From contig CAWHXY010000004.1 of NCBI GenBank assembly GCA_963833575.1, forward strand, positions 128,001 through 192,000: a DNA stretch of 64,000 nt, given 5' to 3'. Of this stretch, positions 20,009-28,954 are shown piece after piece; positions within the stretch are counted from its first letter, which is position 1; each line of letters opens with the position of its first letter. Made by a program: the position numbers and the translations under genes. Source of the stretch: Candidatus Bathyarchaeota archaeon (GTDB lineage Archaea; Thermoproteota; Bathyarchaeia; Bathyarchaeales; Bathycorpusculaceae). The notes beneath the pieces were generated by a model, which saw nothing but the letters and a program-made list of their open reading frames with translations, was not told where the DNA came from and ran no database searches.

Positions 20009-20218
20009 CTAAGGTGTTGGAGTTGGTGTTGCTCCGCTTGCCGCGCCCGGGTTTATTGCGTAGGCTAAGAGCTTAATCACGAAACCGATTAAGCCCACGG
20101 CTCCTATGCCTAGGAGGCTGATCTTTATGGATAGCCATAGCTCTTCTCTTCCCGGCTTTACAGCTAGCTTTAATGTTCTTGCTGCTTGTTGTAGCCAAGA
20201 TTTTATTCCCATACTCAT
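20009..20218 (-). CDS. secE: Protein translocase subunit SecE/Sec61-gamma
   Basis: RTLKLAVKP.REE plus TM G.VG.IGF; immediately upstream of spt5. Confidence 0.9.
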   Translation of the reverse strand: MSMGIKSWLQQAARTLKLAVKPGREELWLSIKISLLGIGAVGLIGFVIKLLAYAINPGAASGATPTPTP

Positions 20219-20313
20219 CGCACACCAAGATTTCATTTATGAATAATAAACGTTACTGTAACTCGGAGTTTAAAAACTACAATTCTTAGGCTTTTAAATC
20301 TTCTTGCTTAATG

Positions 20314-21138
20314 TCAAACTTTCTTGAAAGGCAACTCAACATCTTGAAGAGTAGCAAGCAGTTTTAGCTTGTCCTCGCTTTTGATCCCTTTCCAATCAAG
20401 AATTGCCAATGGAACTTTCTCAAAAGTTTTCTCTATGCACTGGGACAGCATTTCAGCGTCAACCAGATTGACAGCATGCTTGGGTATCATATGACCGAAG
20501 GTAGCTTCACCAACCAAACCCATTAGCGTAAACTTCTGATTATAATGCATTCCACCGATACCTAAAACCGCTGAACCAGCCAGTGAAGAAAAGTTGACGA
20601 TTGCTGACATTGCTGCGTGGGCAACAGCTTCTGCTGCTACAGAATCGCTCCATTGGACTGGGGAACTCCCTAACTCAACAAACATAGCTGGCACGTCTAA
20701 GCTGGGACCATGATGAGTACATTCATAGGATACCTCATAGTTTAGGCCAAATCGTTCTTTGTAGTGCAAGAGTGCTTTTAGGGCATTTTGCATCGCAATC
20801 GCGGGTGAAACTGAAATCACTCCTGGCAACCCACCTAGTTCTGCTTCAGCAAAGTTTCCGGGTGTATGTACTGACAGTGTAGGTTTGCCGCTGGCACTGC
20901 TATGCCTTGAAATGAAAACAATCATTTCTGCTTCAGGAAAGCTTTGTGGCAGATTTTGTGCATTTATAGATTCTTGATTTATAGTTGCAAGGGTTACGTT
21001 TTTGTCATTTAAGTTAGTGTTGTAAATGGGGTTTTGTTGAAAAACTTCTGTGGTATCTATGAAGTGATAATTGTTGAGGATTTGCTGTTTGATGTTTAGG
21101 CTTGCAGTGTCTTTGGTCGATGCTACAATTAGAATCAT
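20314..21138 (-). CDS. dtdA: D-aminoacyl-tRNA deacylase (archaeal DTD2/DtdA)
   Basis: S..D.AS.NI, SRHSS, LSVHTPGN, ECTHHGP, FVELGS, GIGG.HY, GHMIPK, DWKG. Confidence 0.93.
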   Translation of the reverse strand: MILIVASTKDTASLNIKQQILNNYHFIDTTEVFQQNPIYNTNLNDKNVTLATINQESINAQNLPQSFPEAEMIVFISRHSSASGKPTLSVHTPGNFAEAELGGLPGVISVSPAIAMQNALKALLHYKERFGLNYEVSYECTHHGPSLDVPAMFVELGSSPVQWSDSVAAEAVAHAAMSAIVNFSSLAGSAVLGIGGMHYNQKFTLMGLVGEATFGHMIPKHAVNLVDAEMLSQCIEKTFEKVPLAILDWKGIKSEDKLKLLATLQDVELPFKKV

Positions 21139-21232
21139 GTCAAGTCTCTCTTATAGTGTGTTGTTTAGGTGAAAAGGGTTTCCATAAAGCTTATAATTGC
21201 TGGTTCGTCAGCGTATCTGGAAGGCTAGAAAG

Positions 21233-22141
21233 ATGCATCTAATTAATTTCAAAGAATTATCAAGCCAAGAGCTTAATGCGTTGGTTGATTTAGGCATTGA
21301 AGTTAAGCATAACCCCAAAAAATACAGCAAAGCTTTTGAAGGTAAATCATTCGCCTTGGTTTTTCAGAAAACTTCCACACGGACAAGGGTTTCATTTGAA
21401 GTTGCTGCTACGCAGCTTGGTGGTCACGGCTTATTTATTGACTGGCGAACAACCAACTTTACAATGGCAGACATAACCGATGAAGTACAGTATTTGTCAC
21501 GAAATGTTGACTGCATCATGGCCAGATTACTTTACGATACTGATTTGTTGAAGATGGCTAAAGCGTCGCGTGTTCCAATCATAAATGGGTGCGACGAGAA
21601 GTACCATCCAAGCCAAGCCTTAGCCGACTTAATTACCATGAAAGAAAAAAAGGGCGAGCTCAAAGGTGCTAAATTAGTGTACATCGGCGTGCACAACAAT
21701 GTTTGCAACTCGCTAATTGAAGGCTGCACAAAAACGGGAGTCAAAATCACAACTGTGACCCCGATTTTTAATGAAGCTGCACGAGATGAAGACGTACTTA
21801 CCGAAGCCAACAAAACTGGTCTTTGGAAGTCAACTTTAGATGCAAAAAACGCCATTAAAGACGCGGATTTCGTTTATACCGACACCTGGATTGACATGGA
21901 GTTTTTCACTGATCCAAAGTTTGCCCATGAAAAAGAAAAACGTATTAGACTTATGATGCCCTACCAAATAAACGCTGAACTGCTCAAAAGCAACAACGCA
22001 TACGTCATGCATGATATGCCCATCCACCGAGGATACGAAATAAGTGCGGAATCAATTGAGAGCCCAAAATCTGTGATTTATGAACAAGCAGAAAATAGAT
22101 TGTACTCAGCTAAGGCGATAATGCTAAAACTGCTGAAATAG
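21233..22141 (+). CDS. argF: Ornithine carbamoyltransferase-family transcarbamylase
   Basis: F.KTSTRTRVSFE, ING...YHPSQ.LAD, NNV, YTDTW.DM, MHDMP, QAENR. Confidence 0.85.
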   Translation: MHLINFKELSSQELNALVDLGIEVKHNPKKYSKAFEGKSFALVFQKTSTRTRVSFEVAATQLGGHGLFIDWRTTNFTMADITDEVQYLSRNVDCIMARLLYDTDLLKMAKASRVPIINGCDEKYHPSQALADLITMKEKKGELKGAKLVYIGVHNNVCNSLIEGCTKTGVKITTVTPIFNEAARDEDVLTEANKTGLWKSTLDAKNAIKDADFVYTDTWIDMEFFTDPKFAHEKEKRIRLMMPYQINAELLKSNNAYVMHDMPIHRGYEISAESIESPKSVIYEQAENRLYSAKAIMLKLLK

Positions 22142-22216
22142 AAACACCTATTCGGATTGCGGTATTAAGAAAGCGAGAATTCGATTTATGAAAAACTTTT
22201 AGATTTGAGGCTGATT

Positions 22217-22372
22217 TGAAAGAAGAAGAACAACAACAGTTGGTGGGTGCACCGGGTGTTGTTGTTCTCTTGAAAGAAGGAGGAGGACAATCGCAGGGAG
22301 CACCGTGTCCTACTTCTTCTCTGGAGTTAAAAGAAGAAGAAACTTGGCAGGGGCGCAGTTCTTCTTCTTTCA
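22217..22372. other. Three tandem ~55-bp hairpin units with purine/pyrimidine stems and a shared GGG(N)GCRC loop core; possible structured RNA or DNA element
   Basis: AGAACAACAACA/TGTTGTTGTTCT (22227-38/22257-68), AGAAGGAGGAGGACA/TGTCCTACTTCTTCT (22275-89/22306-20), AAAGAAGAAGAAAC/GTTCTTCTTCTTT (22330-43/22358-70); the ends also form a perfect 15-bp inverted repeat. Confidence 0.65.
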
Positions 22373-22627
22373 CTTATTGGAGTTAACTGATGAGCTCACA
22401 GGTTTTGAAAAGTCTTTAAGAATTTGGTGGTAAAAGATCGTCAGAAGGCTGATTCGTTTAATGAAAGCAGTTGATTTAGTGGCCAAACAAATGATTCCAA
22501 AATGGCTTTAACTGATCATGGAAATAGAGGTTGGAAAAGTAGAAGTTTTTCTTCGCATTGGACAAGCTATATCAACCAAAGAACACTTCTAAGCAAAATT
22601 TATTACTTCTCAAGCCTCATACCGTTT

Positions 22628-23164
22628 ATGACGCGTTTTGTAGTTTTCCTTAGGGGAATCAATGTTGGAGGCCACATTGTTAAAAAAGAGAATTTGCAAG
22701 AAGTCTTCATTTCTTCAGGATTTCAAAACGTCGTTACGTACAAGCAAAGCGGCAATGTAATTTTCGAAACCTCGATGGCAAATATTGAAGAAATCAAGAG
22801 CAAACTTGAAGCTAAGTTTCAAAATATGCTCGGTTATAACGTTGCTGTTTTTGTGCGCGCAATCCCGCATTTAAAGAACATAGTCAATCAAGAACCATTC
22901 AAAGGCCAAGAAAGCGAAGGCTCAAGCTTCTTAGTAACATTTCTTCCAACCGCACAAGCCGTTTTCTCTTTGCAATTACCTTTAACTATTCCTAAATCAA
23001 CTGCCAAAATAATCTCAGCTAAGGCTACAGAAATATTCAGCGTGACTCACGGAGGCGGTGAAGGAGCACTACCCAACCCGTTTGTTGAGTCAAAGCTGAA
23101 AGTAAAATCGACTACTCGGAACTTTAACATTATTAGAGAAATCGTTGAAAAGTTTGGCGCTTAA
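22628..23164 (+). CDS. DUF1697 family protein
   Basis: FLRGINVGG, V.TY.QSGNV.F, TTRNFN; start moved to ATG 22628 by family pattern. Confidence 0.85.
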   Translation: MTRFVVFLRGINVGGHIVKKENLQEVFISSGFQNVVTYKQSGNVIFETSMANIEEIKSKLEAKFQNMLGYNVAVFVRAIPHLKNIVNQEPFKGQESEGSSFLVTFLPTAQAVFSLQLPLTIPKSTAKIISAKATEIFSVTHGGGEGALPNPFVESKLKVKSTTRNFNIIREIVEKFGA

Positions 23165-23589
23165 ATCTTTCTTTTGTAGCCGCAACTGTAGCATTTGCCA
23201 TCATGCACAGATACTGCATCGCCACAGGTTGGGCAGCTGTACTTTTCGGCTTGGTTTTTCAAGAACTCGTCTATTCCTTTCTCTTTTAGCTCTTTGAGGT
23301 TTTCTATCATACTCATGTCGTATCGTTCGCGGTAGCGTTTGTCTAGGTGGGCTAGGTTCTTGCAAGGGATCTCTTCACATTGTTGGCAGGATTGGATTTG
23401 GTGCTTGGAGAGTTTTTTGCAGCCTCTTATTACGTAGCAGTTTTTGGCTCTGGGAAGGCATCCTGCGCAATAGGTTACTTTACCTCTTACCCGTGGAATT
23501 CCATGTGTGTAAGCTAGGTAGGCTTTGCATATGGCGCAGTTCATTCCACATAGAGCAACCAGTTTCGAAGTGAATATGCCGTTGCTCAT
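23161..23589 (-). CDS. DUF3795 Cys-rich putative metal-binding protein
   Basis: CGMNC..C, C.GC, C....C, C..C...PC, NL..LKE.G, CP.CG. Confidence 0.85.
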   Translation of the reverse strand: MSNGIFTSKLVALCGMNCAICKAYLAYTHGIPRVRGKVTYCAGCLPRAKNCYVIRGCKKLSKHQIQSCQQCEEIPCKNLAHLDKRYRERYDMSMIENLKELKEKGIDEFLKNQAEKYSCPTCGDAVSVHDGKCYSCGYKRKI

Positions 23590-23964
23590 AATTTTCTATT
23601 TATCTCTTGTTGTTTAATTGCCTTACGCAAAGTTCAGTTTATTAAACTACGTATTGGATTGGATCATCGGCATATTTTGCTGATTTTAAGGGTCTTATCT
23701 TTGTATGTTCAAAAAGCCATTTAGTTAGTTTTTGGCATTTGTCTGGGTCGCAGGAGAAGTTTCTTGTTGCTGAATCATAATTGTGACAAAGTGTGCAGGG
23801 AATTTCTGATTTGTTGCTCATATCGGCTGGTTATGTATGTTCAGAATTGATTTATCCGTTATGAAGCAACAATTAATAGTACTTGTATAGGTTTGAAGCT
23901 TTTTTAACTAAGACTTATAGGGTTTAGTTGGATAATCCAACCTATCCACTAACGAGGCTAGTAA

Positions 23965-24828
23965 TTGGACGAAGCCATAGCAATCCGAAACCTGACAAAG
24001 ACGTACAAAGATGTTAGCGCAGTAAAAGACCTAAATCTCAACGTCAATTCAGGTGAAATCTTTGGTTTTCTCGGACCAAATGGAGCAGGCAAAACTACAA
24101 CCGTACGGGTCCTCACAACCTTAGCCAAACCCTCCTCTGGATCCATTTGGGTTTCTGGCTTCGATGTGGCAAAAGAACCTGATAAAGTCAAGAAAGTCAT
24201 TGGCGTAGTACAGCAGCACTTAACGCTTGACTTAGACTTGAACGTTAGAGAAAATATGGAATTACATGCTAGATTGCACCACATTCCTTCAAATGAACGT
24301 AAGCAGCGAATTGCTGAGCTGCTCGAATATGTAGGCTTAACTAAGCAGAGTGAAAAAATGGTTGAAGAATTATCGGGTGGAATGAAGAAGGCTGCAATGA
24401 TTGCTCGTGCCCTAATTCACAAGCCGAAAGTGCTTTTCCTTGATGAGCCGACTGTGGGTTTGGATGTGCAGGTACGACGTCGAATGTGGGATCTGATTCG
24501 CAGTTTAAGTGGAAACGGTACTACAGTTTTTCTCACAACACATTACATAGAAGAGGCGGAGGCGCTTTGTCAACGCGTGGGTATAGTTCACGAGGGACGT
24601 TTGATTGCGTTGGGAAAGCCTTCAGAATTGCGAAAGACAGTTGGCATGGCAACTGTTGAGATTCTTGTTGATGGCAAGTTTACTCGTTATGAACATTTTC
24701 CTGATCGCGAAGCTGCTACAGACTATGTGCAGAGTCTTTCCTCTGACGCTAAAACCATTATAATTCGCGATTCAAGCCTTGAAGATGTATTCGTTGAACT
24801 AACAGGCAAGAAGGTGGGCGAAGACTGA
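23965..24828 (+). CDS. ABC-2 exporter ATP-binding subunit (DrrA/NodI-like)
   Basis: GPNGAGKTT, LSGGM, LDEPT.GLD, TTHY.EEA, SLEDVF. Confidence 0.93.
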   Translation: MDEAIAIRNLTKTYKDVSAVKDLNLNVNSGEIFGFLGPNGAGKTTTVRVLTTLAKPSSGSIWVSGFDVAKEPDKVKKVIGVVQQHLTLDLDLNVRENMELHARLHHIPSNERKQRIAELLEYVGLTKQSEKMVEELSGGMKKAAMIARALIHKPKVLFLDEPTVGLDVQVRRRMWDLIRSLSGNGTTVFLTTHYIEEAEALCQRVGIVHEGRLIALGKPSELRKTVGMATVEILVDGKFTRYEHFPDREAATDYVQSLSSDAKTIIIRDSSLEDVFVELTGKKVGED

Positions 24829-25577
24829 ATCTTGAAATTCTTCGCGACACTTATACAGTCGTGTGGGTTGACCTCAAGTATCTAAGTCGAAACTTGTTAA
24901 AGACAATGGCGTTAACGCTAATCGCTCCAGTGCTCTACCTTGTGGCTTTCGGCTACGGCTTAGGAAGAGGCGCCAACATTGAAGGATTCAGTTACATTGA
25001 ATTCGTTATTCCAGGAATCCTAGCGCTTACAGCTATGACAACAGCGTTTAACACATCAGGCTTGAAGTTACATGTTGACCGATTGTTCTACAAGTGTTTT
25101 GATGAGACTTTGATGTCACCTGTTAGCGCTTTTTCGATAATTATGGGTAAAACTCTGATCGGGGTGCTACGTGGGTTATTAAGTTCAGCAGCTTTACTTT
25201 TAGCTTGTCTTGTTTTTTCGCCTTTACCTGCGGTTAGCTTATTGTTCCTGTTAAGTCTGGTTGTGACCTGTTTTGTATTCTCGTTTCTTGGAGTAACTAT
25301 TGCTTTGATGTCCAAAACTCATCAGGATATGACTTTGTTCATGAGTTTGGTAATTCTCCCAATGGCTTTTCTCAGCGGAACCTTCTTTTCTCTAAGCCAA
25401 GTCCCAGAAGCTTTAAACATAATTATTTCCTTATCGCCGCTGACGCATGCATGCTTATGTCTGCGAGCTTCAGCTCTCGGACAGGTGTTTCCTTGGTTTT
25501 CTTTCTTAATTCTTTCAGGTTTTGGAGTTACTTTTTTTATTTCTTGCTTTGTTGCTCTTAAAAGATCGACCAAATGA
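24825..25577 (+). CDS. ABC-2 exporter permease (probable CTG start at 24825; first canonical start is GTG 24861)
   Basis: 6 TM, Y..F..PG, LSGTFF, SPLTH; the frame is open back to a CTG that overlaps the upstream TGA. Confidence 0.88.
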   Translation: MNLEILRDTYTVVWVDLKYLSRNLLKTMALTLIAPVLYLVAFGYGLGRGANIEGFSYIEFVIPGILALTAMTTAFNTSGLKLHVDRLFYKCFDETLMSPVSAFSIIMGKTLIGVLRGLLSSAALLLACLVFSPLPAVSLLFLLSLVVTCFVFSFLGVTIALMSKTHQDMTLFMSLVILPMAFLSGTFFSLSQVPEALNIIISLSPLTHACLCLRASALGQVFPWFSFLILSGFGVTFFISCFVALKRSTK

Positions 25578-25718
25578 GCAACTTCTTATGAGTTTTCAAT
25601 GAATCTTCACTCACCAGTTAGACGCATGTCAATGTTTTATGATAAGTTATGAACAAATCACAACTGAATTTATATTTAGCTAGGCAACTAACTAAGTAAA
25701 AATTAAAATGGTGAAAAT

Positions 25719-25817
25719 ATGTTTGGAATAATTGAATTAGTCTCAATAGCTGCAATAGTTGGTTCATTCGCCTTCGTAGTATACAACATCAGATTAGAAC
25801 TCAAAATCAAGGCATAA
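25719..25817 (+). CDS. Putative 32-aa single-TM small protein
   Basis: MFGIIELVSIAAIVGSFAFVVYNIRLELKIKA*, SD GGTGA upstream, TATA-like TTTATATT at about 25669-25676. Confidence 0.5.
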   Translation: MFGIIELVSIAAIVGSFAFVVYNIRLELKIKA

Positions 25818-26330
25818 TACAGGAAACTAGTGCACTTCATTTAAACTAGCTAAGATGAGAAAACATGGAAAACATGCAATTTAGAAACATTAACGAAGCA
25901 TTAAGGTATATAACTCATAAAGCAAAAGCCTATCCTAGCGATATTGCTTATTATTCATCGGAAGAGTACCAAAAAAATTTATCCTGAGCTATGCCGCTTG
26001 AACCGCTTACTCCAAGCTGCATATACTATTCATCATTACGACGGAATCACGCCTTAAACAAAAAAAATTGCTTGATTTCTGAAATGGTTAGAGTACTAAC
26101 GTTAAGATACCAAACATCTAATACAGCTAACAGAGTCCTATTTTGTTACCGGTTCGCCGGAAATATTAGAATTGATCTTTCGCCTGTGAATTAAGGTATT
26201 TTCACAATAGGGGTACCCTGGAGCAAGATAATCGAAAAACATGTAGCAATCATGGAAAGTCTTTTGGGAGAGTTTTATAGCTTGGGTTTTTAAGGAAGAC
26301 AATATTAGATGATTCAAAGGTGTTGCTAGC

Positions 26331-26771
26331 TTGGAGCCAAGCGAAGAACTTAACGCATCAACTTTCCAAACTTACATGTATCTTGTAAAAGTTGGGAGAC
26401 CTGTTGGCCCAAGAGATGTTATGCGTGGAGCTAACCTTAGCAGCCCAAGCGTCGCGTACAGAAATCTGCAGAAGCTTATTGATTTAGGCGTGGTAGTTAA
26501 GGACGAATACAACAACTACGTGGTCAAAGAAAAAGTAACCAAGAAGGGTTACGTTTGGGTCGGGAAGACACTAATGCCGAGCTTTGTCATCATTGGTTTC
26601 ATTTTCGTCGGCATCCTAATCGCAGAGATTGCAATCCTGGTTCCCCATTTGCTTGTAGGAGCACCAATTCAAGAGTCATTTTGGTTTTGGATATTGACTA
26701 CAATTGTTGCCGCCTCGGTTTTCCTATTTGAAGCAATCCGGTTTAGGATGAAATCGAAAACTAACCTCTAA
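26331..26771 (+). CDS. Membrane-anchored HTH transcriptional regulator (N-terminal wHTH plus 2 TM)
   Basis: GPRDVMRGANLSSPSVAYRNLQKL..LG.V.KD followed by two TM helices. Confidence 0.8.
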   Translation: MEPSEELNASTFQTYMYLVKVGRPVGPRDVMRGANLSSPSVAYRNLQKLIDLGVVVKDEYNNYVVKEKVTKKGYVWVGKTLMPSFVIIGFIFVGILIAEIAILVPHLLVGAPIQESFWFWILTTIVAASVFLFEAIRFRMKSKTNL

Positions 26772-26827
26772 AGGCGACGCCTTCTAGTTATTGGAACATT
26801 TTTCTGACTAAAGACACAAAATGTTAA

Positions 26828-28111
26828 ATGCAAATTTTCAATATATTTTGTGAAAGAACAAGTTGTAAAGGAAAAGAAAACTTGAAGAGCCTATTAGCGG
26901 TTACGTTTGCTACAATCTTGTTTTTGTTCATTTTTTCAGCGCTCGCTTCTACGGTGACTGCTCTACAAGATTCAAGAGATTGGCCCATGTTCCGTGCGGA
27001 CCCATCTCACAGTGGAGTTGGAATGGGCAATCCAGTGTTAACCGCTACCGTGCTCTGGAATTATTCAACTGGCGGTCAAATCTATTCATCTCCAGCAGTC
27101 GTTGGTGGTGTGGTTTACATTGGCTCCTTAAACGGCAACATCTATGCGCTTAAGGCTAATACTGGGACAAAGCTGTGGACTTACACTACGGGTGGTCCAG
27201 TTTATTCTTGTCCCGCTATTTCTAGCGGCGTTGTCTATGTAGGCTCGGCTGACGACAAAGTTTACGGCCTAAACGCGACCAGCGGCGACAAATTTTGGAG
27301 TTTCACAACGGGCAACGAGGTAGATTCATCTCCAGCCGTGGTAAACGGCGTTGTCTACGTAGGATCATACGACGACAATGTCTATGCATTAAACACCACT
27401 GATGGGGCAAAACTCTGGGTTTTCAGCACCTCCGCCCCAATTTGGTCCTCTCCCGCTGTTGTTGCAGGAGTGGTTTACATAGGCTCAACTGACGGCAACA
27501 CTTACGCATTAAATGCCTCTAGCGGCAACAGACTTTGGAATTATACTAACGGCTACGCAACTGAATCATCACCTACTGTTATAGGAGGATTCGTTTATAC
27601 CGGTTACGAGAACGGTAGCGTTTATGATTTAGATGCAACTAACGGCGCACAAGTCTGGAGCTTCCCCACAGGCAACATTATTAAATCCTCTCCTGCCGTT
27701 GCTGACGGCGTGGTTTACATCGGCTCTTTAGATCACAATATTTATGCCTTGAATGCTACTAACGGAGCAAAAATTTGGAATTATACCACCGATGGCACCG
27801 TTTATTCAGCTCCGGCACTAATTGATGGCATATTATACATGGGTTCCCAAGATGGAAACATTTATTCTCTAAACGCCACAAACGGGGATAAGCTTTGGAG
27901 CTACAAAACTGACGGTTTCATTGAATCGTCCCCTGCTGTCGTCGGAGGAGTAGTTTATGTAGGCTCTCTAGATAGTAATGTTTACGCGTTGACTAGTCCA
28001 GCCAAGACGTCTAACGAATTATTGGCTATTATTGTTGCCGTAATCTTAGTCGTTATTGTTGCCTTTCTAGCAGTCTTCATTATTTTTAGAAAAGGGCATA
28101 GAACTTGTTGA
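26828..28111 (+). CDS. Secreted, C-terminally anchored PQQ-like (BamB-type) 8-blade beta-propeller protein
   Basis: Signal peptide, DWPMFRAD..HSG, eight 40-aa repeats W.Y.TGG.V.SSPAV..GVVY.GS.D..VYALNA, C-terminal TM with basic tail; the true start may be TTG 26882. Confidence 0.88.
   Translation: MQIFNIFCERTSCKGKENLKSLLAVTFATILFLFIFSALASTVTALQDSRDWPMFRADPSHSGVGMGNPVLTATVLWNYSTGGQIYSSPAVVGGVVYIGSLNGNIYALKANTGTKLWTYTTGGPVYSCPAISSGVVYVGSADDKVYGLNATSGDKFWSFTTGNEVDSSPAVVNGVVYVGSYDDNVYALNTTDGAKLWVFSTSAPIWSSPAVVAGVVYIGSTDGNTYALNASSGNRLWNYTNGYATESSPTVIGGFVYTGYENGSVYDLDATNGAQVWSFPTGNIIKSSPAVADGVVYIGSLDHNIYALNATNGAKIWNYTTDGTVYSAPALIDGILYMGSQDGNIYSLNATNGDKLWSYKTDGFIESSPAVVGGVVYVGSLDSNVYALTSPAKTSNELLAIIVAVILVVIVAFLAVFIIFRKGHRTC
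27055..27992 (+). repeat. Eight 120-bp coding repeats (propeller blades)
   Basis: The YAL-type motif recurs at exact 120-nt spacing: 27141, 27261 ... 27981. Confidence 0.85.
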
Positions 28112-28137
28112 AATTACAGCTCTAGTCTATAGCTGGT

Positions 28138-28164
28138 GTTCCATCTTTGGAACGTTTTGTTCCA
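28138..28164. promoter_or_regulatory. Candidate operator GTTCCA-N4-TGGAAC-N5-GTTCCA
   Basis: Perfect inverted repeat TGGAAC-gtttt-GTTCCA at 28148-28164 in an intergenic gap; half-sites recur at 26792, 30250 and 31993. Confidence 0.45.
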
Positions 28165-28216
28165 TGTGTAGAACTAAGAGTTAGCTGTTGCATTCTTAGC
28201 TTGTAAGGTGGTAAGA

Positions 28217-28951
28217 ATGCAAAAAGAAAAATTATCCGGGCAAACAAAGAACAAAATTAAGTCTGCTCTTCTGGTTGCTGTAGTAACCGTAATTATTGGT
28301 TTTTTCATGTATTACTTCACTTTTACATCGGTTGGATACAACAATTGGCAATTTGTAATCATGAATATTGTTCTCTTCAGCGTTTTCTTTTTGCTCGCAG
28401 GCTTCCGAAGAAAACTCAACCGGTTACCCAATAGCGTCTATGTAGCTTTCATCGTTGCATTGTTCGCAGAAATGTATGGCATTCCATTAACAATGTACTT
28501 TTTCATGGGCATCTTCGGCTACAACAAAATCTTCAGCCTTGAATTCCTTCTCACCCAAGTGACGGGACAACAGCCTTTCTACATAGTATATCACTATTGG
28601 GTCTTTCCTGCCTCTAAAATAATAATTGGTGCAGGCATGCTCTTGGTAATTTTCGGCTGGTACCAAATCTTCCAAGCCAAAGGAAAACTGGTAACCACTG
28701 GACTCTACAAGTACACTCGCAACCCCCAATACCTTGGATTTCTTATGATAACCGGCGGCTTAAACGTTCAATGGTTGACAATCATTACAACAGCAATTTG
28801 GCCGATTCTAGCAGTCCTGTATTATCGCCTGTCAAAGATTGAGGAAAAAGAATCCGAGGCAAAATACGGCGCAGAATTCACTCAATACAAACGCACGATA
28901 CCCCGATTTATTCCTCGACTAAGAACAAAACTGCAAAACAAAGAGGGATAA
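28217..28951 (+). CDS. Isoprenylcysteine carboxyl methyltransferase / PEMT-family membrane protein
   Basis: AFIVALFAEMYG.PLT, LVTTGLY.Y.R.PQY.G, EE...KYG..F..YK...PRFIP. Confidence 0.82.
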   Translation: MQKEKLSGQTKNKIKSALLVAVVTVIIGFFMYYFTFTSVGYNNWQFVIMNIVLFSVFFLLAGFRRKLNRLPNSVYVAFIVALFAEMYGIPLTMYFFMGIFGYNKIFSLEFLLTQVTGQQPFYIVYHYWVFPASKIIIGAGMLLVIFGWYQIFQAKGKLVTTGLYKYTRNPQYLGFLMITGGLNVQWLTIITTAIWPILAVLYYRLSKIEEKESEAKYGAEFTQYKRTIPRFIPRLRTKLQNKEG

Positions 28952-28954
28952 ATT

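Noticed and set aside
22110-22373. 87-aa minus-strand ORF with Cys/Ser/Pro repeats as a RiPP-like precursor
   Set aside because: It overlaps the argF 3' end and has no modifying enzymes nearby. Its repeats follow from the GAA/TTC hairpin stems, and the plus strand gives a similar low-complexity frame. The 54/57-nt unit spacing keeps frame, so coding is not fully excluded.
25865-26057. Possible small gene MENMQFRNINEALRY... broken at an A7 run
   Set aside because: It needs an assumed frameshift, and has no recognisable motif or clear SD.
28217-28951. ICMT plus CPBP protease as a eukaryote-like CAAX prenylation pathway
   Set aside because: Both families are widespread in prokaryotes, the genes are 14 kb apart, and the CPBP motifs are degenerate.
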